In this document: in pieces, positions 40,626 to 50,585 of the stretch
Layout of the letters: every line of letters starts with the position of its first letter
How positions within the stretch are numbered: the first letter of the stretch is position 1
From: an uncultured Pelagibacteraceae bacterium
Lineage (GTDB): Bacteria; Pseudomonadota; Alphaproteobacteria; Pelagibacterales; Pelagibacteraceae
NCBI GenBank assembly: GCA_902510495.1
Contig: CABXBX010000001.1
Coordinates: forward strand, 1 to 52,161
Direction of reading: 5' to 3'
Length of the DNA stretch: 52,161 bases
Translations under genes and position numbers: made by a program
The notes under the pieces: generated by a model
Databases searched by the model: none
What the model saw: only the letters and a program-made list of their open reading frames with translations
What the model was told of the DNA's origin: nothing

Positions 40626-41080
40626 TCTGTTCTATATGTAAAAAGGGTGAAACCTCAGTTGTCGACTCACGTCCAACCGAAGACGGAACCGCTATACGCA
40701 GAAGGAGATTGTGTGTTTGTGGTGCAAGGTTTACAACATTTGAAAGAGTTCAGTATAGAGAAATTATGGTTGTAAAAAAAAACGGCAGAAAATCTGCGTT
40801 TGATAGAGATAAACTTGCAAAGTCTGTATTTATAGCACTAAAAAAAAGACCAATAGATACAGAAACCACTGAGAAATTTATTAGTCGAATTTCAAGATCT
40901 TTAGAGGAATTGGGCCAAAGTGAAATTTCAACAAACACAATAGGCACAATGGTGATGGAAGGCCTAAAAGAGCTTGATCCCGTAGCTTATGTTAGATTTG
41001 CATCTGTTTATAGAAATTTTCGAGAAGAAAAAGACTTTGTACAATTTGTGGACAAGTTAGATGTCTACAAAAAAAGATAA
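40622..41080 (+). CDS. nrdR: Transcriptional repressor NrdR
   Basis: CxxC, VVDSR, IRRRR.C, RFTTFE, ATP-cone, [10 protein letters not shown]. Confidence 0.97.
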   Translation: MICSICKKGETSVVDSRPTEDGTAIRRRRLCVCGARFTTFERVQYREIMVVKKNGRKSAFDRDKLAKSVFIALKKRPIDTETTEKFISRISRSLEELGQSEISTNTIGTMVMEGLKELDPVAYVRFASVYRNFREEKDFVQFVDKLDVYKKR

Positions 41081-42167
41081 ATTTTCTCAAAAAGACAAGA
41101 ATTATATGAGACTTGCTATTTATTTAGCAAGAGCTAGAAAAGGATTAACTGGGGAAAATCCATCAGTAGGCTGTTTAATAGTAAAAAATGATAAAATTAT
41201 TTCAATTGGTCAAACAGGTTTTAATGGAAGACCACACGCTGAGTCAAATGCTATAAATAATTCTTTTCAAAACATAACAGGTTCTAAAATGTATGTAACA
41301 CTTGAGCCTTGTAATCATTATGGAAAAACACCTCCTTGTACAAAAAGTATAATCAAGAGCGGTATTAATGAAGTTTTTTATTCGATAAATGACATAGATA
41401 ATAAAGTAAAAGGTAGAAGCTATAGAATCTTAAGTAAAAAAAATATTAAAGTTAGAAAAGGTCTTTTAAAAAATGAAGCTATAGATCTTTATGACTCATA
41501 TATTATTAATAGAAAATATAAAATACCATTTGTTACAGCTAAAATAGCTGTTTCAAAGAATAATTTAATCTACAGCGAAGGAGTAAAAAGAATAACCAGT
41601 TCAATATCTGACAAAACATCTCATTATTTAAGATTTAAACATGATGCTATATTAATCTCAAGCAAAACTCTAAACACAGATAATCCTAAATTAAACTGTC
41701 GATTAAAAGGATTTGAAAATTTTTCCCCAAAAAGAATTATTCTGGATAAAGATTTGGATATAAAGTTGAATACTTATATTTTTAAATCTACTAACAATAA
41801 TAATACGATAATTTTTCATAATTCAAATAACAGTTCTAAAATTAAAATTTTAAAAAAAAAAGGGATTATTTTAGTAAAAAGTAGATTAGATAATAATAAC
41901 AAATTTGGTTTTAAGGCTATTCTAAAAAAATTATTTTTACTAGGTGTGAAGAACTTATTAATTGAGGGAGGAGACAAAATAACAAAAGACATACTAAATC
42001 ATCGTTTTGTAAATGTATTTTACCTCTTTAAAAGTCCCAAGATCCTATCAAAAAGTAAAAAACATGTGATATTTACATCAAATGGTATCCTAAATAATAA
42101 GTATAAAATTAAATCAAAAATTAGCTCTAAACTAGCCAAAGACACCATTACCATTTATAAAAGATAA
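41061..42167 (+). CDS. ribD: Riboflavin biosynthesis deaminase/reductase RibD
   Basis: NPSVG, HAE, TLEPC.H.GKTPPC, DNP.L.CR, LIEGG. Confidence 0.96.
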   Translation: MSTKKDKFSQKDKNYMRLAIYLARARKGLTGENPSVGCLIVKNDKIISIGQTGFNGRPHAESNAINNSFQNITGSKMYVTLEPCNHYGKTPPCTKSIIKSGINEVFYSINDIDNKVKGRSYRILSKKNIKVRKGLLKNEAIDLYDSYIINRKYKIPFVTAKIAVSKNNLIYSEGVKRITSSISDKTSHYLRFKHDAILISSKTLNTDNPKLNCRLKGFENFSPKRIILDKDLDIKLNTYIFKSTNNNNTIIFHNSNNSSKIKILKKKGIILVKSRLDNNNKFGFKAILKKLFLLGVKNLLIEGGDKITKDILNHRFVNVFYLFKSPKILSKSKKHVIFTSNGILNNKYKIKSKISSKLAKDTITIYKR

Positions 42168-42168
42168 A

Positions 42169-42762
42169 ATGTTTAACGGAATTATTTTTAAAAAAGGTGT
42201 TATTAAAAAAATTATTAAGAGACCAAAAGGAATAAATATTTTTATTAAATCAGATATTAAGGTCTCAAAAAAAGATATTGGAGTTTCTATTGCTTGTGAT
42301 GGTGTATGTTTAACTCTTATAACTATTAATAATAAGATTATGGAATTTTATCTTTCAAATGAAACGATAGAAAGATCTAAATTTAGATATCTCAAAATTA
42401 ACGAACAAATTAATTTAGAACTTCCATTAAAATATGGTCAAAAAATATCAGGTCACATATGTCAAGGACATGTCGATACTATTGGAAAGGTTTTAAGTGT
42501 AAAGAAAATAGACAAATCCTATCTTTTTGATTTTGAAATCCCCTCCAAAGAAAGAAAAAATATTATTGAAAAAGCTTCAATCTGTGTCAATGGCATTTCA
42601 TTGACTATATCCAAGGTTACAAAAAAAAGTTTTCAAATTTGGGTAATTCCTCATACATTTAAGTTAACAAATTTGTCAAAATTACAGAAAAAAAGTTTAG
42701 TTAATATTGAAATTGACATACTTTCTAAATATGTAAAAAATTTTTTTTATGAAAAAAAGTAA
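42169..42762 (+). CDS. ribE: Riboflavin synthase (alpha chain)
   Basis: MFNGII, SIACDGVCLT, NLE, GH..QGHVD, NGISLT, IPHT, NIEID. Confidence 0.96.
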   Translation: MFNGIIFKKGVIKKIIKRPKGINIFIKSDIKVSKKDIGVSIACDGVCLTLITINNKIMEFYLSNETIERSKFRYLKINEQINLELPLKYGQKISGHICQGHVDTIGKVLSVKKIDKSYLFDFEIPSKERKNIIEKASICVNGISLTISKVTKKSFQIWVIPHTFKLTNLSKLQKKSLVNIEIDILSKYVKNFFYEKK

Positions 42763-43849
42763 ATACTCTTCAATTGAAACAATAATAAATACTGCAAAAA
42801 AAGGTGGTATGTTTATTTTAGTTGATGATGAAAAAAGAGAAAACGAAGGGGATCTTGTTATTTCAACCTCAGATACAAACGCCAATAATATCAACTTTAT
42901 GGCTAAATACGGTCGAGGTTTAATATGTTTGGCTTTAGATAGCTTGCAAGCAAAGAAACTAAATTTATCACTTATGTCTCCGGTAAATCAGTCTAGAAAT
43001 AAGACTGCCTTTACAATTTCGATCGAAGCAAAAAAAGGTATTACAACTGGAATTTCAGCAAAAGATAGAGCACGTACAATAAAAATTGCATCAAAAAGAA
43101 ATGTAAATAAAAAAGATATAGTTTCACCAGGACATGTTTTTCCTATAATAGCAAAAGATGGAGGTGTTCTTGTAAGAGCAGGTCATACAGAAGCATCAGT
43201 TGACATTTCAAAACTTGCTAAAAAGAATAATTCAGCTGTTATTTGTGAGATTATGAATGAAGATGGGACAATGGCTAAAGGCCAAGAACTTTTTGATTTT
43301 GCAAATAAACATAAACTTAAAATAGGAAAAATTGAAGATCTAATCGCCTACAGATTGAAAAAAGAAAAATTAATAAGATTAAAAAAACAAAGTTATATTG
43401 AAGTAAAAAAACAAAAATACAAGATAAGAATATATGAAAATCTTTTAGATGGTTCTGAACACTTCGCTCTTGTTAAAGGAACTATAAAAAGAGGTATTAC
43501 CCCTAGAGTAAGAGTAATTTCGTCTAATGTAGTTAAGAATTATTTAATAAATCAACAATTACCAAATTCATTTAACAAAACACTTAATTATTTTAAGAAA
43601 TTTAATAATTGTGTTTTAGTTTTCATAAAAGACTCAAACCTTAGATCTGTAACACAAACTTTAAAGGACTATAAAGATAAGGATTTTTATAAAAAAGGAA
43701 AAGACAAATTAATTAGAAATTATGGTATTGGAGCACAAATTATCAAAGACCTAAAGATTAAAAACATGACTTTGATAACAAAGTCACCTAAAAAGGTTAT
43801 CGGTTTAGATGGTTATGGTATAAAAATAACAAAGCAAGAGATTATTTAA
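42749..43849 (+). CDS. ribB: DHBP synthase fused to a degenerate GTP cyclohydrolase II domain (RibBX-like)
   Basis: DDEKRENEGD, GLIC, AFTISI, TTGISA.DRA, PGHVFP, RAGHTEA, CEIMN; C-domain keeps R.YGIGAQI but lacks the Zn-binding cysteines. Confidence 0.93.
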   Translation: MKKSKYSSIETIINTAKKGGMFILVDDEKRENEGDLVISTSDTNANNINFMAKYGRGLICLALDSLQAKKLNLSLMSPVNQSRNKTAFTISIEAKKGITTGISAKDRARTIKIASKRNVNKKDIVSPGHVFPIIAKDGGVLVRAGHTEASVDISKLAKKNNSAVICEIMNEDGTMAKGQELFDFANKHKLKIGKIEDLIAYRLKKEKLIRLKKQSYIEVKKQKYKIRIYENLLDGSEHFALVKGTIKRGITPRVRVISSNVVKNYLINQQLPNSFNKTLNYFKKFNNCVLVFIKDSNLRSVTQTLKDYKDKDFYKKGKDKLIRNYGIGAQIIKDLKIKNMTLITKSPKKVIGLDGYGIKITKQEII

Positions 43850-44238
43850 TGAAAAAAAAAATTTTAATTGTTATAGCTGATTATTATAAAGATATATCTA
43901 TTGGACTATTGAGGAGTGCTCAAAAAAATCTACCAAAAAACTTTGTTGTTAAGATAATTAAAGTTCCAGGTGTTTTTGAGATTCCTGTAACAATATCTAA
44001 AAATTTAAAAAGTTATCACGCTTTTATTGCATTGGGTTGCGTTATAAAAGGACAAACACCACATTTTGATTTTATATCTCAAACCTCTACAAATGCTATT
44101 ATGAAACTGTCATTAATTTCAAAAAAACCAGTAGGAAATGGAATAATTACTTGTTTAAATGTTCAACAGGCCAAAGCAAGAAAAAAAAAAGGTGCAGAAG
44201 CTGCTAGTGCAATTGTATCAGTTTTGTCACAAAAATGA
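43849..44238 (+). CDS. ribH: 6,7-dimethyl-8-ribityllumazine synthase
   Basis: VPGVFEIP, ALGCVIKGQTPHFDFI, GIIT, QA..R..KG.EAA. Confidence 0.95.
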   Translation: MKKKILIVIADYYKDISIGLLRSAQKNLPKNFVVKIIKVPGVFEIPVTISKNLKSYHAFIALGCVIKGQTPHFDFISQTSTNAIMKLSLISKKPVGNGIITCLNVQQAKARKKKGAEAASAIVSVLSQK

Positions 44239-44639
44239 AATCAGCCTTTAGTCCAAAAAATAATCCTAGAGTAATTATTATTCAAAAATTATATGGGAAT
44301 TTGTTTAATGACAATACCCAATTAGACATTCCAAAACATAGGTTTAAAAAATTTATTAAAGATATAGTCTTAGGCACAATAGAACGTAATGAAATAATTG
44401 CTGAAGAATTAGAAAAAAATTTAGGAAAAGAATTAAAACTTAAAAATCTAGATAAAATATTTCAAGTAATATTAAAATCAGCAACTTTTGAGATTTTATA
44501 TAAACCAAATTTATCAATAAATATAATCATTAAAGAATACTTAAATGCATCTAATTTTTTTCTTAACGACTCTCAAACAAAATACCTAAATGCTATATTA
44601 GACAATATAGCAAAAAAAATAAGAAATTCAGATGCATGA
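44235..44639 (+). CDS. nusB: Transcription antitermination factor NusB
   Basis: Position ribH-X-thiL; IL..ATFEI...P, II.EY, NAILD; divergent N-terminus. Confidence 0.85.
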   Translation: MKSAFSPKNNPRVIIIQKLYGNLFNDNTQLDIPKHRFKKFIKDIVLGTIERNEIIAEELEKNLGKELKLKNLDKIFQVILKSATFEILYKPNLSINIIIKEYLNASNFFLNDSQTKYLNAILDNIAKKIRNSDA

Positions 44640-45591
44640 ATTTGAAATAATCAAAAATTACTTTTCAAAATTATCAAAAAATAATAAGAGCTCATTAGGA
44701 TTAAATGATGATGTTTTTTTCGATAAATCCAAGAACACTGTTATTTCAGTTGATACATATGTTGATGGAATACATTTTTTTAATTTTGAAAAACCTGAAT
44801 TAGTAATAAAAAAAATATTAAGATCCTCTATATCTGATTTAATGTGCAAAGGAGTTATACCTAAATATTATTTTATCTCTAGTTCTGGTAATAGTAAAAA
44901 TTTTTCAAAAATAAATTTAAGAAAAATTTCACAATCTTTAAAAAAAGAACAAAGAAAATTTGGTATTTCCCTTTCTGGTGGAGACACTGTTTTTTCAAAT
45001 AAGCTAAGTTTTACAATAACTTCTTTAGGTTTTTCAAAAAAGATTATTTTTAGAAATAATGCAAAATTAAATGACGATATTTATGTCACTGGTTATTTAG
45101 GTGATAGTTTCGTAGGTTTAAAGTCTTTAAAAAAAGAGATAATCACCAGCAAAAATAAAATGAAATATTTTCAAGACAAATATTATTGTCCTAGACTGTA
45201 TGTTAATTTACCAAAAAAATTATTAAATTTTGCCAATACATCTATAGATGTATCAGATGGTTTGTTAAGTGATTTGGAAAAACTTATTAATAAACAAAAA
45301 TTATCCTACGAATTATATTTAGATAGAATTCCTATTTCAAATAACTTAAAAAAAATTCTCTTAGAAAAAAAATTGAAAAAAATTAATTTTGTTTCAAAAG
45401 GTGATGATTATCAAATTTTATTTACAGCTTCTAGATCAAAATCTAGAATTATATCTAAAACTTTTAAATCATTAGGGGTAAAAATTTCAAAAATTGGAAA
45501 AATTTGTTCTAATAAGAAAAAACCTCTAATATTCGATGAAAAAGGGAAGAAAATTGCACTAAATGACAAAGGTTACCAACATAGTTTCTAA
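44632..45591 (+). CDS. thiL: Thiamine-monophosphate kinase
   Basis: EFEII..YF, DD, D....GIHF, SD, GGDT, VTG.LGDS, DVSDGL..DL, GDDY.ILFT, GYQH. Confidence 0.93.
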   Translation: MHEFEIIKNYFSKLSKNNKSSLGLNDDVFFDKSKNTVISVDTYVDGIHFFNFEKPELVIKKILRSSISDLMCKGVIPKYYFISSSGNSKNFSKINLRKISQSLKKEQRKFGISLSGGDTVFSNKLSFTITSLGFSKKIIFRNNAKLNDDIYVTGYLGDSFVGLKSLKKEIITSKNKMKYFQDKYYCPRLYVNLPKKLLNFANTSIDVSDGLLSDLEKLINKQKLSYELYLDRIPISNNLKKILLEKKLKKINFVSKGDDYQILFTASRSKSRIISKTFKSLGVKISKIGKICSNKKKPLIFDEKGKKIALNDKGYQHSF

Positions 45592-45601
45592 AAGTTAATT
45601 A

Positions 45602-45629
45602 TTGCCTTTTATTTCTTTTTTTGTATTGT
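45602..45629 (+). promoter_or_regulatory. Putative hppA promoter TTGCCT-16bp-TATTGT followed by GCGG
   Basis: ttgcct 45602-45607, tattgt 45624-45629; CAA-rich leader and AAGGT SD downstream. Confidence 0.45.
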
Positions 45630-45674
45630 GCGGTTTTTAATAACTAACAACCAACAACTTAATTAAGGTTTCTT

Positions 45675-47780
45675 ATGAATACAACTGTCGAATCAATACT
45701 TCTTTACACAATTGCTGCAGGTTTTTTATCTATAATTTATGGATATTTTACAGGTAAAAATATTTTAAACGCAAGCCCTGGTAATAACAAAATGCAAGAA
45801 ATTGCATCAGCTATTCAAATTGGTGCAAAAGCTTATTTAGCAAGACAGTATAAAACTATTGCTATTGTTGGAGTGGTTGTGTTGGTAATTGTTAGTTACG
45901 CTTTTAGTATCCTTGTAGGTTTAGGTTATTTAATTGGTGCAACTTTATCTGGTATAGCTGGTTATGTAGGTATGCTTGTTTCTGTTCAAGCTAATGTTAG
46001 AACAGCTGAAGCCTCAAGAAAAGGATTAGCTAGTGGTCTTTCAGTAGCTTTTAAATCAGGAGCAGTTACCGGTATGTTAGTTGCTGGACTAGCTCTATTA
46101 TCTATAGCTGTTTATTATTATTTATTGTTAAAATTCAATGTTGACGAAAGAGAAATAGTAAATGCACTAGTTGCACTTGGTTTTGGTGCATCATTAATTT
46201 CAATTTTTGCAAGATTAGGTGGTGGTATTTTTACTAAAGGTGCTGATGTGGGGGCTGATCTTGTAGGTAAAGTTGAGGCTGGTATCCCTGAAGATGATCC
46301 AAGAAACCCTGCTGTTATTGCAGATAATGTTGGTGACAATGTCGGTGACTGCGCAGGTATGGCAGCAGATTTATTTGAAACTTATGCTGTTACAATAGTT
46401 GCAACAATGGTTTTGTCTTCAATTTTTTTTCCAGGTGATTTATCAATGATGATTTATCCATTAACAATAGGTGGAGCTTGTATTTTAACGTCAATTATAG
46501 GAACTTTTTTTGTGAAACTTGGTAAATCAAAAAATGTTATGGGAGCTTTATATAAAGGATTTGTTGTTTCGGCTTTAGCTTCGTTGGCTATTTTATATCC
46601 AGTAACTGATTACGTATTAGGTTTCGAAAGTACTTATAATTTAGAAAATATATCATTTACAGGTATGAGCCTTTATTATTGTGGTATTATCGGTTTACTT
46701 ATTACTGGATTATTAATTTGGGTTACTGAATATTATACTGGAACAAATTATAGACCTGTAAGAAGTGTTGCAAGTTCATCTACTACAGGACATGGAACAA
46801 ACGTAATTCAAGGTTTAGCTATTTCTTTAGAAGCAACAGCTATACCAGCATTAATTATTGTTGCTGGTATTTTATTAACTAATCATATAGCTGGATTATA
46901 TGGTATCGCTATTGCTGTAACTACAATGTTAGCTTTAGCAGGTATGGTTGTAGCTCTAGATGCTTATGGACCTGTTACTGATAATGCAGGAGGAATAGCA
47001 GAAATGTCAAAATTACCTAACAATGTTCGTAAAACAACAGATGCATTAGATGCTGTTGGAAATACTACAAAAGCTGTAACAAAAGGTTACGCTATAGGTT
47101 CTGCTGGCTTAGGTGCTCTAGTTCTTTTTGCAGCTTATACTGAAGATATTAAGCATTTTTCAAAAGAAGCTGGATCTAATTTAGAAGGGATCGTTGTTAC
47201 TTTTGATTTATCAAATCCATATGTCGTTGTTGGTTTATTGATTGGTGGAATGCTACCATACTTATTTGGATCTATGGGAATGCAAGCAGTTGGAAGAGCT
47301 GGTGGGGCAGTCGTTGTTGAAGTGAGAAGACAATTTAAAAAATTTCCGGGTATAATGAAGCGAAAACAAAAGCCTGATTATGCCAGGTTAGTAGATTTAC
47401 TTACGGTAGCAGCAATCAAAGAAATGATTATTCCTTCTTTGTTACCAGTTTTATCGCCAATAGTTTTATATTTTATCATATTTGCAATCGGTGGCCAAGT
47501 TGCTGCATTAGCGTCTGTTGGAGCAATGTTATTAGGTGTAATTATCACAGGATTATTTGTAGCCGTCTCAATGACTGCTGGTGGTGGAGCTTGGGATAAT
47601 GCAAAGAAATATATTGAAGATGGAAATCATGGCGGAAAAGGATCAGAGGCTCATAAGGCTGCTGTAACTGGTGATACAGTTGGAGATCCGTATAAAGATA
47701 CAGCAGGTCCTGCAGTCAACCCAATGATAAAAATCACAAACATTGTTGCTTTGTTATTGTTAGCTGTTATCGCTGGTTAA
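45675..47780 (+). CDS. hppA: Membrane-bound proton-translocating pyrophosphatase, K+-independent signature
   Basis: [61 protein letters not shown]. Confidence 0.97.
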   Translation: MNTTVESILLYTIAAGFLSIIYGYFTGKNILNASPGNNKMQEIASAIQIGAKAYLARQYKTIAIVGVVVLVIVSYAFSILVGLGYLIGATLSGIAGYVGMLVSVQANVRTAEASRKGLASGLSVAFKSGAVTGMLVAGLALLSIAVYYYLLLKFNVDEREIVNALVALGFGASLISIFARLGGGIFTKGADVGADLVGKVEAGIPEDDPRNPAVIADNVGDNVGDCAGMAADLFETYAVTIVATMVLSSIFFPGDLSMMIYPLTIGGACILTSIIGTFFVKLGKSKNVMGALYKGFVVSALASLAILYPVTDYVLGFESTYNLENISFTGMSLYYCGIIGLLITGLLIWVTEYYTGTNYRPVRSVASSSTTGHGTNVIQGLAISLEATAIPALIIVAGILLTNHIAGLYGIAIAVTTMLALAGMVVALDAYGPVTDNAGGIAEMSKLPNNVRKTTDALDAVGNTTKAVTKGYAIGSAGLGALVLFAAYTEDIKHFSKEAGSNLEGIVVTFDLSNPYVVVGLLIGGMLPYLFGSMGMQAVGRAGGAVVVEVRRQFKKFPGIMKRKQKPDYARLVDLLTVAAIKEMIIPSLLPVLSPIVLYFIIFAIGGQVAALASVGAMLLGVIITGLFVAVSMTAGGGAWDNAKKYIEDGNHGGKGSEAHKAAVTGDTVGDPYKDTAGPAVNPMIKITNIVALLLLAVIAG

Positions 47781-48252
47781 TTTCTTTACGTTTTTTGGCC
47801 CTCACACCAAGAGGGTCATTAACTTTTTGTCTCATACTTGACATAAAATCATAAATGAAAGAATTTCTAGAAAAAGACGCAGAGGTAGTATCTTTAACTA
47901 TCTTTATATTATTCATATCGTCCATATCATAAAATTCTTTTTTTTTGAGAATACCATAACTATCAATTTCCAATACAAGAACATCATTTTTAAAGATTTT
48001 CATTTTACCTAGATTTTTTATTTTAGATTGGGTTTGTTTTCTTTCAATATATATCCACACATCATTATCAAATTTACTTTTTGTTGATGGCGCACCCAGA
48101 ATCCGTCTAATATCATTACTAGTTGTCTCGTTAATTATTAATGATTTCTGTTTTTTCTCTAGAAAAGGCACGCCATGATGTTTGACTACTTTTTTAAAAG
48201 AGCAATTTGTGACTACAAATGCAAATAAAAATATATATAATAATTTAATCAT
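47767..48252 (-). CDS. bamE: Outer membrane protein assembly lipoprotein BamE
   Basis: Lipoprotein signal ending VTNC, HG, ILGAPS.....W.YI; conserved position opposite the Cbp3-like gene. Confidence 0.85.
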   Translation of the reverse strand: MIKLLYIFLFAFVVTNCSFKKVVKHHGVPFLEKKQKSLIINETTSNDIRRILGAPSTKSKFDNDVWIYIERKQTQSKIKNLGKMKIFKNDVLVLEIDSYGILKKKEFYDMDDMNNIKIVKDTTSASFSRNSFIYDFMSSMRQKVNDPLGVRAKKRKEINQR

Positions 48253-48718
48253 GGACCAAAATTATATTAATATTTATAACAATTTGATCAATTACTCTAG
48301 AAATAAAGATTTATACCAATCATTAAATAGAGAAGACAATTTTTCAGACCGATTAACGTTTTTTCTCATTCATTTTGCTTTTTTTTTAAAAAACTTCAAA
48401 AACAAGGAAAATAAGGACATTTTACAAAAAATTTATGATTTTAACTTTAGACAATTAGAATTAAGTATTAGAGAAATTGGTTATGGTGATCAATCAATAA
48501 ACAAAAAGATGAAAGTTTATTTAAATCTTTTCCATGCCATTGTTTCCGAGGTTCATTTTTGGGATGAATTAAATAAAAGTGAAAAATCAAAAAAACTTTC
48601 TGCTTTTTTAGAAGATTTTGATAATATTGATAATTTAGTTGAATATTTTGACAATTTTAACTCAAATTTGATGAAAAAAACTTTGAATTTTTTTTTAAAA
48701 GGTGTAAGTAAGCTTTAA
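48251..48718 (+). CDS. Ubiquinol-cytochrome c chaperone (Cbp3/UPF0174 family), start revised to MDQNY at 48251
   Basis: [19 protein letters not shown]; syntenic between bamE and rpmF/plsX. Confidence 0.85.
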   Translation: MDQNYINIYNNLINYSRNKDLYQSLNREDNFSDRLTFFLIHFAFFLKNFKNKENKDILQKIYDFNFRQLELSIREIGYGDQSINKKMKVYLNLFHAIVSEVHFWDELNKSEKSKKLSAFLEDFDNIDNLVEYFDNFNSNLMKKTLNFFLKGVSKL

Positions 48719-48720
48719 TT

Positions 48721-48903
48721 ATGGCTGTACCTAAACGAAAACAAACTCCTTCAAGAACCGGAATGAGAAGAGCGCAAAATATGAAATTCTCATCTAAGAA
48801 TATTGTCGAAGATAAAAAATCAGGTGAATATAGACTATCTCATCACTTAGATTTAAAAACTGGTATGTATAAAGGCCGTCAAGTTTTAGACCCAAAAGAT
48901 TAA
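48721..48903 (+). CDS. rpmF: 50S ribosomal protein L32 (Cys-free form)
   Basis: [18 protein letters not shown]....HH, G.YKGRQV. Confidence 0.97.
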   Translation: MAVPKRKQTPSRTGMRRAQNMKFSSKNIVEDKKSGEYRLSHHLDLKTGMYKGRQVLDPKD

Positions 48904-48915
48904 TTATAAACAAAA

Positions 48916-49916
48916 ATGTCAAATTTAATTAAAATTGCAGTTGATGCAATGGGTGGTGATGGTTCACCAAAAAAAATAATTGATGGCATAATTCACAATC
49001 ATAAATCAAATAATGAAAACTATTTTCAAATTTTTGGAGATAAAAGAGAAATTGAGAAACTTTTGGAAAAAAAATAGATAGTAAATTTTATGACATAACT
49101 CATACTAACAATGTTGTTAAAAGCACTGATAGTCCTTTAGAGGCTGCTAAAAGAGGAAAAGATACTAGCATGTGGCTAGCTATTGATAGTGTTAAAAAAG
49201 GAAAGGCTGATATCGTCATATCTGCCGGAAATACTGGGGCACTACTTGTTATAGCCAAATTAAATTTAAAGATGATTGAAAATATAGATAAGCCAGCTCT
49301 ATCTGCTCTATGGCCAAATAAAAAAGGCATGAGTGTTGTTTTGGATCTGGGTGCTAATATTGAATGTAGCTCAAAGAATCTCGTAGATTTTTCTATTATG
49401 GGGGCATCTTTGTATAAATCATTATATCCTAATGAAACGCCTAAGACCGCATTATTAAACATTGGTTCAGAAGAATTAAAAGGAAATGAAATAATTAAAG
49501 AAACATTTCAAACTTTAAACGAAAAAAAAAATGATAATTTTGATTTTCATGGTTATATAGAGGGTAATGAACTAATGAATGGTCATGTTAATGTAATTGT
49601 ATCTGATGGATTTACAGGTAATGTTGCTTTAAAAACAGCAGAAGGAACAGCAAATTTTATCACTGATGAACTTAAAAAAATATTTAAAGGATCAATTTTA
49701 GGAAAAATATCTGCGATATTAAATATATCTAATTTAAATAAATTTAAAAAAAGATTGGATCCAAGGCTTTACAATGGTGCAATATTTATTGGTTTAGACT
49801 CACCTGTAGTAAAAAGTCATGGTGGAACTGATTTTATTGGATTTTCCAATTCTTTAGATGTTTGCAATAGAATAGTTAAAGGAAATTTGATACAAAAAAT
49901 TAGAGATAATATTTAA
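48916..49916 (+). pseudogene. plsX: Phosphate acyltransferase PlsX interrupted by a single -1 frameshift at an A8 run (assembly error, recoding or true pseudogene)
   Basis: 48916 ATG gives MSNLIKIAVDAMGGD...EKK* (TAG 49075-49077); adding one A to 49067-49074 joins it to the ORF with SAGNTGA, DLGAN, DGFTGNVALKT.EG and VKSHG, giving 333 aa. Gene identity is secure; pseudogene status is not. Confidence 0.7.
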
Positions 49917-49920
49917 ACTA

Positions 49921-50217
49921 ATGAGAACAAATTTAACTAAAAAAGACTTAGTTAATTCTGTTTATATGCAGATCGGTTTCTCTAAACAAATTTCTGAAAA
50001 TTTTATTGATGAGTTTTTTTCATTAATAATTACAAATTTAATTAAAAATAAATCAGTAAAAATTTCAAAATTTGGAACATTCTCAATAAGATCAAAAAAT
50101 TCTAGAATAGGTAGGAATCCCAAAACCAAAGAAAACAAAACCATTTCCGAACGTGATGTAGTTTTATTTAAACCATCAAAAGAATTTAAAAGCTTTATTA
50201 ATAAAAAAAATGATTGA
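49921..50217 (+). CDS. ihfA: Integration host factor subunit alpha
   Basis: LTKKDL, VKISKFGTF, RIGRNPKT, VVLFKPS; plsX-ihfA-merR synteny. Confidence 0.92.
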   Translation: MRTNLTKKDLVNSVYMQIGFSKQISENFIDEFFSLIITNLIKNKSVKISKFGTFSIRSKNSRIGRNPKTKENKTISERDVVLFKPSKEFKSFINKKND

Positions 50218-50584
50218 TAAAGACCATAACTCATACAAAACTATTAGTGAAGTTGTAGAAATATTAGGTTTAAAATCTAAAAAAGCAAATTCCGTTCCTA
50301 CACACACACTACGTTTTTGGGAAAAAGAATTTAAACAATTAAAACCAAAAATTTTTAATGGTAATAGAAGATATTATGATGAAAAAAATATCAAATTATT
50401 AAAAAAAATTCATTATTTACTTAAAGATCAGGGGATGACTATAAGCGGTGTGAAAAAAATATTAAATAATAAAGATCCTTTAAAACTTGACGAAACTGTA
50501 AATGACTCTATAAATTCACAAAACTTAAAAAACAAATTAATTAAAATTTCTAATATTGTTAAAAGTTTAAAAAGATTAAAATAA
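50210..50584 (+). CDS. MerR-family HTH protein (conserved ihfA neighbour)
   Basis: TISEV, HTLRFWEKEF..LKP, RRYY, LL..QGMTI.GVKK. Confidence 0.92.
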   Translation: MIDKDHNSYKTISEVVEILGLKSKKANSVPTHTLRFWEKEFKQLKPKIFNGNRRYYDEKNIKLLKKIHYLLKDQGMTISGVKKILNNKDPLKLDETVNDSINSQNLKNKLIKISNIVKSLKRLK

Positions 50585-50585
50585 T

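Noticed and set aside
39306-41061. Glycine riboswitch before glyA or FMN riboswitch before ribD
   Set aside because: No room: 6-bp gap before glyA, and ribD overlaps nrdR.
49170-49916. A stand-alone 248-aa PlsX
   Set aside because: The conserved N-terminal DAMGGD segment is present upstream in another frame, so this ORF is only the distal part of a frameshifted gene.
1556-50234. About 25 short antisense or alternate-frame ORFs in the ORF track (e.g. 1556-1738, 6837-7202, 12237-12557, 26278-26541, 46118-46339, 49100-49462)
   Set aside because: All lie opposite or inside well-supported genes and have Phe/Leu/Ile/Ser-rich shadow composition with no recognisable motifs.
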